DNA of 64,000 nt from a virus. Location: the IMG/VR virus record IMGVR_UViG_3300028830_000309; one strand, given 5' to 3'. Positions 1-11,244 of this stretch are shown here, piece after piece; position 1 is the stretch's first letter; the number at the start of each line of letters is the position of its first letter. The notes under the pieces are model-generated. The model did no database searches. It was given only the letters and a program-made list of their open reading frames with translations, and had not been told where the DNA came from. The position numbers and the translations under genes were made by a program.

Positions 1-5
1 GCCTC

Positions 6-2963
6 TTGAGCCTGTTGCAGTGGCACGAGCGTCTTGAGCGCCATTTCCTCGCCCTGAGCGAGTCGCGACGCGGAAGCGTCTCCGCCGGCGTTGTCTTCGC
101 ACTTGAGCACGGCCTGGAAGCGGAGGAAATAAAGGCGCTCTCAAAGGCAGTTCGTGCCGATGTCGTTGGCGCACTTCCCTCCCGCGGCAACACGCTCCCG
201 TGGATTGTGTACGCCGCCGAACTTGGATACCGCTACTCGGGCGACGAGTACTGGCATACGTTCGAGGCGGAGACGCCTGGTTGGACCGTCAATGGCGACC
301 GGGATTGGATACGAAAGGGCTTCAAGTCCTTCCAGAAGAAGTTCCACGGCGCCAAGCCCACAGGTCCGTGGGCCGCTCACTTCTCCATCATCTGCTGGCC
401 GATCACGCACGCCATTCTCCCCTGCGACCTCCAGAGGCAGCTCGCCCGGCTTCTGTATGACCTCCGGCACTCGTTCCACGCGGAGCTTCTCGAGTCTCCA
501 GAGAAGCTCGGAGAATTCATAGCGTCGCAGAGTTGGAGCACCACATCTCGGTTCCAGCAGCTCGCCGAGAAGCCCCTCCTGCTGGGGCAGATCGCCACAG
601 CTCTCCTCCTCCAAGGCGAGGTCGGGACAGACACTCTCATCCATCCCGAGACCCTTCGGAGGATACGCAGCGACCTGGAGAAGGAACGGCTGTCTCGCGA
701 GTGGCTCCGCGGCGCACGCCAGCAAGCGAAGGAACGCGTTCAGATTCGCGGCCTCGGCTCTGGGCGCACAAGTTCCTCAACCCCATCGGCCCCTCACCGT
801 CGCCCTGAAGAGGCCCGAGAAGAGCTCGCCGCGCTCGGGATCGAGCCCCGCCTGGTCCTACGGCCAACAAGCACGGATGCTGCAAACTGGGATGTCCTGC
901 TCGAGATCCCCGATCTCTCGCAACTCCTCCTCAGGTTCCCTAGTACTCGCGAGACCCTCACCCGCTCACGGTGCACCGTTGCCGGCGCTGCTGGAAACGC
1001 CCTCGCGCGCGGCCGTGTTCTTTACGGGCCGCAAAGAGTCACCCTCGCGCGGTGGCCCAAGTCGGATCAACTCCTCCTGAGTTTCGATCCCTCGGATCCT
1101 CAACTCGAGTTTCTTCTTCGCACGGAGTGTCTTCTCCGGCCAGGCCCAAAATGGTTGTTCCGAATAGCTTCGGACGGCTTGGCCTACGAGGTACGAAGCC
1201 AACGGGTCCGGCCTGGCGAGCGCTATATCCTCGTCACCACTGTCGGCGCTCTCACATCTCTTCGGGGCGTCTGGCCTATCACCCTAGCCTGTGAAGGGGC
1301 GACAGGCGTCATTTTCACTCTCCCTGAGGCCCTCGGTTCCGACTGGGAGAACACCCTTCGGCACTATGGCCTCAGCCAGGCTAGAGCTATAGAGGTGTGG
1401 CCGGCGGGGCTTGCCCCACTCGCCTGGGATGGAGAGGGGTACGGCGAATGGCTCGCCTCAGAGAGGCCGTGCCTCGCCATTCGTGCCGACCACGCCATAG
1501 ATGCGCTCGTCGTCTCCCTGGGGAACCCTCCGGGGGACTCTATTGAGATCGCTCCGATGACCGAGGGGCAGACAGCCTTCGTCGAGCTTCCGCCACTCCC
1601 CGTCGGACTTCATACCGTCCGTCTTCGCACCCGCGGAGGGAAGCTCGCGGAAGACTCCGTCCTCGGCGCGCTCAATGTCTTCATGCGTATCCGGCAGGCT
1701 CGGACGTCCGGTACCGGGGCTAATCGGCCCCTCGTCGTACAACTCGAGCCGCCGGTACCGACGCTCGAACAGCTGTGGGACGGCAACGCCGAGATCACCG
1801 TCTTCGGACCGACAGCCTACGAGCTCACGTGTCGCGCCTCCCTCTTCAGCGCCAATGATGGAACGACCGCAGTAAAGAAGACGCTTCCGCCCATCCCGCT
1901 CCCGATTACTCCTCACGCCTGGCGCGACCACTTCGAGAAGCACTTTCGTAGACTGAAGGACGTCCAGGAGGCGTATGACGACGCCGGCGCCTGCGAACTG
2001 GTCCTCACAGCGGACGAACTCGGGGCCGCCACAGCTCGGTTTGAGCGCACCCTCAGACCCGTTCGCTGGGCCCTGCGCAAACGCCACCATGCATACGCCT
2101 TACACCTTCTGGATGACACGGGGAGCGGAGCTCAACCAGAGGTCAAGCGTTTCGCTTTTGAGACCCCCAGCAACAAGGTGCCTCTTCCCGTCTTGCCCGA
2201 GTACGACGTGGAGCCCCTCGGTGGTCTATACGTCGCGAGGGCCGGTAGCTATGCCGCGACGATCGTCGTCCCTCCAACGATACGCGGGAAGGGCTTCGCC
2301 GACTTGCGATGCGCGCCAGTAGTCGCGAAGCTAGAACGAAACGAAGACTCCTTTGTCAGCCTGGTGGAACTCTGCGGCCTATGGGGCCGCGCACGCCTAC
2401 CAGGTGACCCTCTCGCGGGGATCCGCCAAAGCGAAGTCATGCGCGCTCTAACGCACGCGCTCTTCAGTCTCATCGGTGGCGAGAAATGGGCTGCCGCCGA
2501 GGAGTACGCCGTACGCGATGCCCCAAACGGCTTCATGTCCCTGAAGCACGCGGTGACCTTCAAGGCCGAGGCAGTTCTCCTGGCGGAACACCTGGCTACC
2601 GAGTGTGCCGCCCTGGCGTCAGCTCCTCTCTCGGTTCGAGTCCAGCGGATTGCTGCGCTTGCGGAGAAGCATGCCTCTTACGCGACAGCTACCCTGTTGA
2701 AGACCCTTGCTCGCATGAGAGTCCTGAAACAAGAGGATGCCGACCGGATCGCGCATCTCACGTGGTTCTCGGAGTTCGCCCTTCGGCTCGCAAGCGACCC
2801 CGCTGGGGTCGAATCGTGGGCCGGAAAGCACCTACGCTTCGGCGCGAAGCACCTCCCTCCGACGCTCGCACGCGCAGCACGCTTCTTCGTGCTCTCCATC
2901 GACCGTCACCTTCAATCTCGGGTCTCGGAACATGCCCTCTACGCCGGCTGGGTATGGGAATGA
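6..2963 (+). CDS. Large hypothetical defence protein, probably Druantia type II DruF-like
   Basis: 985-aa ORF with TTG start; the frame is open to the window edge, so the start is uncertain. First of a 985/363/1851-aa trio ending in a DUF1998 helicase, the size and order pattern of druF-druG-druE. No catalytic motif recognised. Confidence 0.55.
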   Translation: MSLLQWHERLERHFLALSESRRGSVSAGVVFALEHGLEAEEIKALSKAVRADVVGALPSRGNTLPWIVYAAELGYRYSGDEYWHTFEAETPGWTVNGDRDWIRKGFKSFQKKFHGAKPTGPWAAHFSIICWPITHAILPCDLQRQLARLLYDLRHSFHAELLESPEKLGEFIASQSWSTTSRFQQLAEKPLLLGQIATALLLQGEVGTDTLIHPETLRRIRSDLEKERLSREWLRGARQQAKERVQIRGLGSGRTSSSTPSAPHRRPEEAREELAALGIEPRLVLRPTSTDAANWDVLLEIPDLSQLLLRFPSTRETLTRSRCTVAGAAGNALARGRVLYGPQRVTLARWPKSDQLLLSFDPSDPQLEFLLRTECLLRPGPKWLFRIASDGLAYEVRSQRVRPGERYILVTTVGALTSLRGVWPITLACEGATGVIFTLPEALGSDWENTLRHYGLSQARAIEVWPAGLAPLAWDGEGYGEWLASERPCLAIRADHAIDALVVSLGNPPGDSIEIAPMTEGQTAFVELPPLPVGLHTVRLRTRGGKLAEDSVLGALNVFMRIRQARTSGTGANRPLVVQLEPPVPTLEQLWDGNAEITVFGPTAYELTCRASLFSANDGTTAVKKTLPPIPLPITPHAWRDHFEKHFRRLKDVQEAYDDAGACELVLTADELGAATARFERTLRPVRWALRKRHHAYALHLLDDTGSGAQPEVKRFAFETPSNKVPLPVLPEYDVEPLGGLYVARAGSYAATIVVPPTIRGKGFADLRCAPVVAKLERNEDSFVSLVELCGLWGRARLPGDPLAGIRQSEVMRALTHALFSLIGGEKWAAAEEYAVRDAPNGFMSLKHAVTFKAEAVLLAEHLATECAALASAPLSVRVQRIAALAEKHASYATATLLKTLARMRVLKQEDADRIAHLTWFSEFALRLASDPAGVESWAGKHLRFGAKHLPPTLARAARFFVLSIDRHLQSRVSEHALYAGWVWE

Positions 2964-4051
2964 AACGACTCTTAGTGGCCGAGGTCCACGCGCGGAAGGT
3001 GGCGGAGTTAGGCCTCGATGCGACGGCCCTGGATCTGACCTCCCTCGAGGCCCTCGCCTGCATGCTCCGTCGCAGTGCCAGTCACCTCTGCCCGTGCTCG
3101 GCTGCGACCCTGATTCGCGACGTCATGCGTCCGCTGCGCGGCCTTGTGCCAGACGTCACAAAGGTCAGGGAACCACTTGAAGACACCCTCGAAGCACTGG
3201 TCGCTCACGGCGACCTACTCGAATATGCCGGAAGCGGCCAAGATGGCGCCAGGCCCTCCGGCCCGCAACTCTACGCTGCCCCTCCAAGTTTCCTGTCGCG
3301 TGATACCGGGGCGGTGATCTTGCTCGGTGTCGGCGCGGACCGCCCCTCAGGGCTACCCGACGATCTGGAGGCCAGGCTCGAGAACGTCTCGTACATTCGA
3401 CGGCTCACCCCGAACCCCGGAGAGTCCCTTCGAAGCGAGTTGCTTCAACTCGGCCTACTCGAGGTTCCTTCAACTGCCTGGCTGAAAACCCCGAAGCTCG
3501 AGAAGCCCGCCGACCATGTCGCACGGTTGAACGTCCTCCTTGACGCTGCGCCACCCTCGCGCGATGTCTCCGGTCTCCGTGTCTTGGACTCAGCGCTCCC
3601 GGTTCGCTACTACCCAGGACGGTGGGTTGCACCGAAGGCGAAGACAGGTCGCTTCGTCGGACGTAGGAGTCAGGCGTACGGCGCCGACCTCTGGTCCTAC
3701 GTCGAACTTCAGGACGGTCGCCCAGAGCGCCTCATCGACTTGCCGACTCCCATGAGCCGCTGGCGTGGTTGCGACGAGGCATGGCGCCTTCAACTCGCCA
3801 TCGACGCGCTGCGGGGCGAGCCACAGCGTTTCCGGTCTCTGGTGGAGGGTCGGATGACCTGCGTTCTTGAACTCTTCTCACCCCTGCCCGCTTGGGCCAG
3901 GCGCCGTTGGGATGCTGTCGGAGAACCCGTGCCACGCTCCGGATGCCTGTTCGCATACCGGTTTCCCATCAACGAGGTCGCCGAGGAACTGCGGTTCGCT
4001 CGCGACGTCCTTTGGATCACGGAGGCGGGCCCAGCCAAGGAGCCTGCGTGA
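2960..4051 (+). CDS. Hypothetical protein, probably DruG-like
   Basis: ATG at 2960 overlaps the upstream stop (ATGA), giving 363 aa (MKRLLVAE...). The longer track ORF from 2486 overlaps the upstream gene and is unlikely. Call rests on position between the DruF-like and DruE genes. Confidence 0.5.
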   Translation: MKRLLVAEVHARKVAELGLDATALDLTSLEALACMLRRSASHLCPCSAATLIRDVMRPLRGLVPDVTKVREPLEDTLEALVAHGDLLEYAGSGQDGARPSGPQLYAAPPSFLSRDTGAVILLGVGADRPSGLPDDLEARLENVSYIRRLTPNPGESLRSELLQLGLLEVPSTAWLKTPKLEKPADHVARLNVLLDAAPPSRDVSGLRVLDSALPVRYYPGRWVAPKAKTGRFVGRRSQAYGADLWSYVELQDGRPERLIDLPTPMSRWRGCDEAWRLQLAIDALRGEPQRFRSLVEGRMTCVLELFSPLPAWARRRWDAVGEPVPRSGCLFAYRFPINEVAEELRFARDVLWITEAGPAKEPA

Positions 4052-4064
4052 AGAGGTCTAGAAC

Positions 4065-7000
4065 ATGGCCCTAACGATCGGCGAGACGATTCAGGAACTG
4101 CAGCGGGCGTTGAGGGATTACGTGGAGGCGACGTACCACGTCAGCCACCCATTGCTCGTAGCACAGCGACGGGCGCTCCTTGAGCAGCCGGGCGTCATCC
4201 ACCAGCGCCCGTACCTCGAGAGCACGCCTCGATACCAGACCGGCATCCGCTTCAGGGACCTGCACCTCGATTCCGCCGCCGAGGCTGTCTTCTCAGCGGT
4301 CTCGAAGCCCGCAGGAGAACTCGGCATCCTCATTCACGACCCTCCCTACCAGCACCAGGCGAGCGCTACGAAGCTTTCGCTCGTCGACGGTAGGAGCTTA
4401 ATCGTCATGACTGGGACGGGCTCGGGCAAGACGGAGTGCTTCCTCCTGCCGATCCTCGGAAAGCTCGCCCGAGAGGCGAAGGCGAAGGGCCCGGCCTTCG
4501 CGTCCACGCACGCCGTTCGAGCCATGGTTCTCTATCCGATGAACGCTCTGGTCAACGACCAACTCGGACGACTCCGGTTGCTCTTCGGCGACCCGCGCAT
4601 CGTCAAGCAATTCACCCAGTGGTGTGGACGCCCCGCCCGATTCGCTCGGTATACGAGCCGTACCCTCTATCCCGGGGTTCGCAGTGACGAGAAGGACAAG
4701 GACAAGCTCGCCCCGATCGGGAAGTACTACGTGCAGAACCTTGAGACTGCTACCGGACCATCATCGCCGCGGCAGCTTGCGGCCCAACGTCTCGTCGGCG
4801 AACTCAAGAAGCGCGGCAAATGGCCGGCGAAGCCGGACCTCATCGGTTGGTACGGGAAGAAGGGCATGCGTTGGAAGGACGCCAAGACTGGCGTGTTCAA
4901 GAGGTGCGTCACCCTCCCCCACGATCCCGAGCTTCTCACGAGGCACGAGGTCCACGCTGCCCCACCTGACGTCCTCGTCACGAACTACTCAATGCTCGAG
5001 TACATGCTCATGCGCCCCCTCGAGCGCCCGATCTTCGACCACACCCGAGACTGGCTCCAGGCGAACCCTGACGAGCGCTTCCTGCTCGTCATCGATGAGG
5101 CACACCTCTACCGAGGAGCAGCAGGAGCGGAGGTCGCCCTGCTCATTCGCCGGCTGCGTACCAGGCTGGGGATTGGGCCCGAGCGCCTTCAGGTGATATG
5201 CACGAGTGCGAGTTTCAAAGACCCGCAGTACGCCGTCGAGTTCGGGTCGCAGCTCTCCGGAAAGGACCCGAGCCATTTCTCCTCGGTGCAGGGTGATCTT
5301 CTCTTCCGGTCTGGGCCGGCCAGTGGCACGAGGGCGGACGCAGAAGCCCTCGACGCTATCGACCTTCAGAGTTTCTACGAAGCTGCCACCGATGCGGAAC
5401 GCGTCGGACACGTAGCGTCATTCCTCAAGCACCGTGCCGTTGCACCTCCCTGGCAGCTCCAGCCAGCACTCTACACGGCGCTCGAGTCATTCGGCCCGAT
5501 GGCGCGCCTTATCAACGTCACCATGAAGGAAGCGCAGCCCGTCGAGGCTCTCGGTGAAGCTCTCTTCGAAGGCGTCCCCCGTGGTCTCGCAGACCGTGCC
5601 GTGACGAACTTGATCGCCCTTGGGAGTGTCGCGCGACGCGAGCCAACGGAACCTGGTCTTCTTCCGTGCCGCATCCACTCCTTCTACAGGGGTCTTGCTG
5701 GACTTTGGGTCTGCATGGACCAGCAATGCCCTTCCCTCCCGCCGGAGCAGCGCGGAGGCCCCGCGGGTCGTCTCTTCAGTCAGCCACGCGACGCCTGCGA
5801 CTGTGGCGCTCGAGTGCTCGAGCTGTTCACCTGTCGGAACTGCGGCACCGCCTACGGAAGGGCCTACACGAATAACGTCCAGGATCCTAGCTTCCTGTGG
5901 GGGGAGCCAGGCGGAGCGTTCCGTACCCTCGCGGGACAGGTTGACGAACTCGAACCGATCGATCTCCTCCTCGAGCACCCGGTGATATCGACCGAGATTG
6001 AGCCGGCCGAGTACGACCTCGTTACCGGTAGGCTTAATCCGCCTCAGTGTGGCCCGCGCAATCGGCAGCTATTCCTCCGGGGAGGTAGGGCGGCAGCCCA
6101 CCCAGGCGAGGACGAGCCACGGAATACGAGGCCGGGCGAGTTCCGCCCTTGCGCCGTCTGCGGAGAGAAGGCCGCATACGGTAGATCCTCCGTTCAGGAT
6201 CACCAGACGAAGGGCGACCAGCCGTTCCAGGCGTTGATTGCGAAGCAGATCCAGGTACAGCCTCCAAGCCCCGTCGCAGCCACGAGGCTCGCTCCGCTGA
6301 GGGGACGCAAGGTCCTTATCTTCTCCGACTCCCGCCAGACCGCTGCACGGCTCGCACCGAACCTCCAGAAGTATTCGACACAGGACACCCTGCGCCCGCT
6401 CATCGTCTTCGGGTACGGGCGCCTCAGCCAGGCGCCGCCCATGGCGGGCCTTTTATCGCTGGACGACCTCTACCTGGCGGTCCTCATCGCCGCGAAGGAG
6501 CTTGGCGTCCGCCTCCGTCCTGAGTTGAAGGCCGGGGAGAGCTTCGACGATGAGAACGTCGTCGCTGAGGCGGTGAAGAACGGGGCCCTGTCGAGCCCTC
6601 CTGGGCTCCTGTCTCTCTGGGGGCGAATGCGCGCTTCTCGACCCCCCGAGTCGCTTCTCGGAGCGATCGCGAAGGCCGTCACAGACGGGTACTACGGCTT
6701 AGAGTCGCTCGCGATCGCTTCGCTCGTGGAACGCTCGGAGCGGACGCCGAAAATCCACGCCCTACCGGACATTCCAGGTCTAGCAGTCGCCCCCGACCAG
6801 AAGCTGGCCCTCGCTCGAGCATGGATCCGCTGCTGGGGGCGCGCAGGCCTGTGGCTCACCCACATGCCCCCCGCATTGTGGAACACGAAGCGTGAGTTCC
6901 AGCCACGTTCCGGCAAGTTCACGGAGATGAATTCACTACTGAAAGGGAAGCAGGTACGATCCACCTTCGAGAAAGAGTGGCTCCCGCAACTCCTGGCTGA

Positions 7001-9620
7001 CTTCACAGAGCAGTTGTTTCCCGGCAAGCACCGGATGAAAGGCGGGGAACTAGCGCTCTCGATCGGGGGGTCGTGGGCGTACTGCCAGTCCTGTCGGACC
7101 ACGCAGCGCGTGTTCCCGGGTCGGACCACGTGTATCACCTGCGGCGCAGACACCGCGACGCCGATCGACCCTGACACCGATCCCGTCTTCTCGGCGCGCA
7201 AAAGCTACTACCGCGCTAGTACCGTCGATGCTCTCCGCACTCCTCCTGTCCCTCCGATGGCTCTGATCGCCGCCGAGCACACCGCGCAGCTCAACACTGC
7301 GCAGGCGGAAGACGTTTTCTCTAAGGCGGAGGAACACGAACTGCTCTTCCAGGACGTCGACCTCGGCCCGGACGAGACCGGACGTGAGCGCTCGGCGATC
7401 GACGTCCTCTCCTGCACGACGACGATGGAGGTCGGTATCGACATCGGTACCCTCTCCGGCGTCTCGCTCCGGAACATGCCGCCCGCGCGCTCGAACTACC
7501 AGCAGCGTTCCGGACGGGCAGGACGCCGGGGAAATGCTGTTGCAACGGTGACCGCCTTCGGAAGTGCCGACAGCCACGACGAGCATTACTTCACGCACCC
7601 CGATCTCATGATCCGGGGAGCAGTCGATGATCCGACCCTGACGCTGGACAACTACGACATCGCACGGCGGCACGTCACGGCCTACCTGCTCCAGCGCTAC
7701 CACCAAGCGAGACTTCCCTCGATCAGACCCGAAGCCCAGCCCCACCTGTTCGCCGTTCTCGGACGCGTCGTGGAGTTCAAGGACTCGAAGTCACTCCTGA
7801 GCCGGTCCGACTTCGGGCAGTGGCTCCTCTCGAACCAGACCGCCCTTAAAGCCGACGTGGCCGCCTGGCTCCCCTCCGAACTCTCGGCCGCACGGCGGCA
7901 GCGCCTTCTCGACGGTCTCGTCGACGAGACGCTTCGCCCGATCGACGACGCGATCGAATACGACCCAAATGCCGCGGCCGTGAAGAGCGCCCAGGCACCA
8001 GCGGCACCGGCAGATTCTGATGCAGCAGCTGACGAGAAGATCGAGACCACTGATGAGGTCGGCGAGGAGGCTCCCGGACGGGATGCGGCCTCCGAGAACC
8101 TTCTGGACCGACTACTGTACAAGGGTGTGCTTCCAAGGTACGCGTTTCCAACCGACGTTGCAGCGTTCCACGTATTTGATGCTGATCGCTCGACGTTCTA
8201 CCGCCCCGTCTTCCGATTCACACCTTCGCAGGGACTCCCAGTCGCGCTCTCGCAGTATGCGCCCGGGAAGGAGGTCTGGATCGCGAACAAGCTCTGGACC
8301 TCCAATGCGCTCTATTCTCCGATGCGCAACGATCGCTACAAGGCGTGGGAGATCCGGAGGCTGTATTACGAGTGCAGTTACTGCCATTACGCCAACACGG
8401 TGAAACTCACGGATGGAACGAGAGGAGAGTCGAAGGACTGCGAGGCGTGCGGGGGCACGGGCACGTTCGGGCCAGCGACATACTGGTTGCGGCCGCCGGG
8501 GTTCGCTCATCCTGTTAGCAAGGAGGAGGGAACATCTCCAGATGATCAACCCGCGAAGAGCTACGCGACTCGAGCGAAGCTGACAGCTCCAACACCCGCC
8601 GACGCCTCACTGTGGACGCAGGTCAACGAGCATATTCGCGTCCACTACACCAGGCAGCACCTCCTCGTGACGAACAGAGGACCGCGAGACGAGGGGTACA
8701 CCTACTGCACGAAGTGCGGCCTCATCGAGCCTACCGCGCTCCCGAAGGGGGTCGTCGGCGCCTCGCACAGAAAGCCCTACGTCGACGTCCGTGACCCGAA
8801 CTGCCAGGGAGGCGGGGCAACGAAAGGTCTCGTACTGGGCACTGACTTTATTACCGACGTTCTCCTCGTCTCGATGAGCGTGCAACCACCACTCACCCTG
8901 CTACCCAGTCTTCTCGCCACAGACGTCGCACTCCGGACCATGAGTGAGGCGCTGACGAAGGCCGCGTGTGCCCGCCTCGAGTTGGAGGCGAACGAGCTGC
9001 AAGCCGAATACCGGTCAGCGCTCACCCCCGCCGGGCGAGACGGACTCGAAGCTGAAATCTACTTCTACGACACGCTTCCGGGCGGAGCGGGATTCGCGCA
9101 GCGCGTCGGCGACCTCGGCCTGGTCGTGTTCGAAGATGCGCTACGTGTCCTCGAGTCGTGCCCCGAAGACTGCGACCGCTCGTGCTATCGCTGCCTCCGC
9201 AGCTACAAGAACAAATTCGAGCATGACCTACTCGATCGTCACGTTGGCGCCAGCCTCCTTCGGTTCTTGCTCACGGGCGCTCCACCGACTCTTGGCGCTC
9301 GGCGTCTCGCGCAGTCGACGAACCTTCTCTTTAACGACCTCGAGCGACAGGGCGTTACAGGCCTGCGCCTCGAACGAAACACGTCTCTGGCCGTGCCAGG
9401 TATGGCTCCCGTCACCGCGCCAATCCTCGCCACGAACAGTCGGGGGGAGCAGTCAATCATCGATCTGCACGGACCACTGACGCCGGACGATCCGTCGGAC
9501 GCCACGCTCCGAGACGTCCGGGATCGCTCCGCCGCACCGAAGGTCGTCATCGTCGACGAGATGGTCGTGCGCCGGAACCTCCCGACCGCGACCGCCGACC
9601 TCCTTACCAGGATCGGCTGA
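4065..9620 (+). CDS. druE: DEAH-box SF2 helicase with C-terminal DUF1998 Zn module (Druantia DruE-like)
   Basis: 1851 aa. Walker A TGTGSGKTECF, YPMNALVNDQ, Walker B IDEAH, TTTMEVGIDIG, motif VI QRSGRAGRR, several CxxC pairs, and C-terminal CPEDCDRSCYRCL. Confidence 0.8.
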   Translation: MALTIGETIQELQRALRDYVEATYHVSHPLLVAQRRALLEQPGVIHQRPYLESTPRYQTGIRFRDLHLDSAAEAVFSAVSKPAGELGILIHDPPYQHQASATKLSLVDGRSLIVMTGTGSGKTECFLLPILGKLAREAKAKGPAFASTHAVRAMVLYPMNALVNDQLGRLRLLFGDPRIVKQFTQWCGRPARFARYTSRTLYPGVRSDEKDKDKLAPIGKYYVQNLETATGPSSPRQLAAQRLVGELKKRGKWPAKPDLIGWYGKKGMRWKDAKTGVFKRCVTLPHDPELLTRHEVHAAPPDVLVTNYSMLEYMLMRPLERPIFDHTRDWLQANPDERFLLVIDEAHLYRGAAGAEVALLIRRLRTRLGIGPERLQVICTSASFKDPQYAVEFGSQLSGKDPSHFSSVQGDLLFRSGPASGTRADAEALDAIDLQSFYEAATDAERVGHVASFLKHRAVAPPWQLQPALYTALESFGPMARLINVTMKEAQPVEALGEALFEGVPRGLADRAVTNLIALGSVARREPTEPGLLPCRIHSFYRGLAGLWVCMDQQCPSLPPEQRGGPAGRLFSQPRDACDCGARVLELFTCRNCGTAYGRAYTNNVQDPSFLWGEPGGAFRTLAGQVDELEPIDLLLEHPVISTEIEPAEYDLVTGRLNPPQCGPRNRQLFLRGGRAAAHPGEDEPRNTRPGEFRPCAVCGEKAAYGRSSVQDHQTKGDQPFQALIAKQIQVQPPSPVAATRLAPLRGRKVLIFSDSRQTAARLAPNLQKYSTQDTLRPLIVFGYGRLSQAPPMAGLLSLDDLYLAVLIAAKELGVRLRPELKAGESFDDENVVAEAVKNGALSSPPGLLSLWGRMRASRPPESLLGAIAKAVTDGYYGLESLAIASLVERSERTPKIHALPDIPGLAVAPDQKLALARAWIRCWGRAGLWLTHMPPALWNTKREFQPRSGKFTEMNSLLKGKQVRSTFEKEWLPQLLADFTEQLFPGKHRMKGGELALSIGGSWAYCQSCRTTQRVFPGRTTCITCGADTATPIDPDTDPVFSARKSYYRASTVDALRTPPVPPMALIAAEHTAQLNTAQAEDVFSKAEEHELLFQDVDLGPDETGRERSAIDVLSCTTTMEVGIDIGTLSGVSLRNMPPARSNYQQRSGRAGRRGNAVATVTAFGSADSHDEHYFTHPDLMIRGAVDDPTLTLDNYDIARRHVTAYLLQRYHQARLPSIRPEAQPHLFAVLGRVVEFKDSKSLLSRSDFGQWLLSNQTALKADVAAWLPSELSAARRQRLLDGLVDETLRPIDDAIEYDPNAAAVKSAQAPAAPADSDAAADEKIETTDEVGEEAPGRDAASENLLDRLLYKGVLPRYAFPTDVAAFHVFDADRSTFYRPVFRFTPSQGLPVALSQYAPGKEVWIANKLWTSNALYSPMRNDRYKAWEIRRLYYECSYCHYANTVKLTDGTRGESKDCEACGGTGTFGPATYWLRPPGFAHPVSKEEGTSPDDQPAKSYATRAKLTAPTPADASLWTQVNEHIRVHYTRQHLLVTNRGPRDEGYTYCTKCGLIEPTALPKGVVGASHRKPYVDVRDPNCQGGGATKGLVLGTDFITDVLLVSMSVQPPLTLLPSLLATDVALRTMSEALTKAACARLELEANELQAEYRSALTPAGRDGLEAEIYFYDTLPGGAGFAQRVGDLGLVVFEDALRVLESCPEDCDRSCYRCLRSYKNKFEHDLLDRHVGASLLRFLLTGAPPTLGARRLAQSTNLLFNDLERQGVTGLRLERNTSLAVPGMAPVTAPILATNSRGEQSIIDLHGPLTPDDPSDATLRDVRDRSAAPKVVIVDEMVVRRNLPTATADLLTRIG

Positions 9621-9638
9621 GCGAAGGAGGGCGCGGAT

Positions 9639-10865
9639 ATGACGTCTCCAGAGTCGGCGTCCCCCTGGACGACAGACATCCCCGCTGCGTGGCCCAGTGC
9701 CCCGGCGGACATGACAGTAACGACCTTGGTAGACATGGAGGGGTGCCCCCGTCGGTGGGCAATGAGTGCAGCTGAGTACCCAGCGCTCTGGCAGGGTCGC
9801 GGATATCCGCCTCCCCTCAACTCTCAGGCACTCGCGGGCACCGTCGTTCACATGGCCCTCGAGACCGTATCTCGGGCGCTTGTTCAGGCTGGGTGCCAGT
9901 CAGTGCAGGATCCGTGCGCCCCGCAGGTAATGGGAACACTCGGTGGCTACACGAAGGTGGTCTCCGACTGCATCGAACTCGTGCTCAGCCGTCTTGCCAC
10001 CAATCCCAGGGCCGCACCCCTCCTGGAGGGCGCGGGCAGGGCGCTACGGACTCGCGTGCCCGACTTTCGGATGCGCCTCCAGACGATTCTCTGCCGCACG
10101 AGACTCCCCAATCGGGCTACCTCTTCAGGGCCCACGTACGAGGCGAGGACCCGCAGGCCGCTTCCTTTCGGGTCCTTCTCTGAGATCGAGTTCCGCGCTC
10201 CCGCACTGGGGTGGAAGGGCAAGGCGGATCTCCTTCTTCTCACGGAAGCCGCCTGCGAAATCATCGACTTCAAGACGGGAGCGCACGACGAGAAGCATCG
10301 GTTTCAACTCGAGGTCTATGCGCTCCTCTGGAGCCGGGACAGAGACCTCAACCCTACTGGTCGACTCGCCAACCGGCTCGTGCTGCGATACGAAGCGGGC
10401 GACCTCGAAGTGCCCGCTCCGACCGCTACGTACCTCGACGAGTTGGAACGCACGGTTGTCGCTCGACGCGCTGCGGCACATCTCGCCGTATCCTCACGCC
10501 CTCCCGAGGCACGCCCCCACCCTGATACCTGTCGGTACTGCGGCGTGCGGCAACTCTGCGACCGGTACTGGGTGCCGAAGACACTTGAGGATGTCGCAGG
10601 GAGTTCCGCGAATCGCGATTTCGGAGACTTGGAGGTGCTCGTCAGTGGGAGGCACGGCCCATCGAGCTGGGACGCCGTCTTCACGTTAGGCGCTGGGTTC
10701 CATCCCGGAAAGCATGCTCTCGTTCGTACCAGGGGAAATCATGTCTTTCGGTCGGGATATCGCCTCCGGATCCTGAACGCATCTATCGCCATGGACATCG
10801 ATGACGACGCCAGTCCCGTCGCAGTAACACTCTCCTCACAGAGCGAGGTGTTCGTCGTCGGGTAG
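9639..10865 (+). CDS. RecB/AddB/Cas4-like PD-(D/E)XK nuclease with probable 4Fe-4S staple
   Basis: SD GAAGGAGGG upstream. Motifs CPRRW, GTVVH, GKADLL, IIDFKTG, QLEVYA and C-terminal CRYCGVRQLC. Confidence 0.85.
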   Translation: MTSPESASPWTTDIPAAWPSAPADMTVTTLVDMEGCPRRWAMSAAEYPALWQGRGYPPPLNSQALAGTVVHMALETVSRALVQAGCQSVQDPCAPQVMGTLGGYTKVVSDCIELVLSRLATNPRAAPLLEGAGRALRTRVPDFRMRLQTILCRTRLPNRATSSGPTYEARTRRPLPFGSFSEIEFRAPALGWKGKADLLLLTEAACEIIDFKTGAHDEKHRFQLEVYALLWSRDRDLNPTGRLANRLVLRYEAGDLEVPAPTATYLDELERTVVARRAAAHLAVSSRPPEARPHPDTCRYCGVRQLCDRYWVPKTLEDVAGSSANRDFGDLEVLVSGRHGPSSWDAVFTLGAGFHPGKHALVRTRGNHVFRSGYRLRILNASIAMDIDDDASPVAVTLSSQSEVFVVG

Positions 10866-11244
10866 ACCTGGCTACCGAGTGCATCGAGACGCTGAACGGG
10901 CTCCCGTTGACTTTTTGCGCCAGACGCTGCATGCTGTCAGACGCCGCGACGCCACATTCGCGGCAACCGAATCCACGGGGCTCCAAGAGCGGGCCTCAAA
11001 AGCGAGGAGGATAGCGTGGCCAAACATTCTGTTGAGTATTTGCCCTGCGTAGGACGCTTCAGCGTCCAGTGCGGGGTGTTTGCGTTTTCGCGCCCTCCAC
11101 CAGCCCGATCCCCCCACGGGCTCGTCCACATCCCGACGTCGACTTTCACCCGTCAGCCGCCCCCGAAGGCGGAGACCCACGCCAACCGAACGGACCCTGT
11201 ACGGGAGTGCCAATAGCGCGCTCCCCAATAGAAGGCAACAAAAC

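Noticed and set aside
2590-10881. Exact 16-bp direct repeat ACCTGGCTACCGAGTG at 2590-2605 and 10866-10881
   Set aside because: About one 16-mer match is expected by chance in a GC-rich 64-kb window, and one copy lies inside a coding region.
10866-11244. Short ORFs in the gap between the nuclease and ATPase 1
   Set aside because: No motifs, atypical composition and overlapping frames; treated as intergenic.
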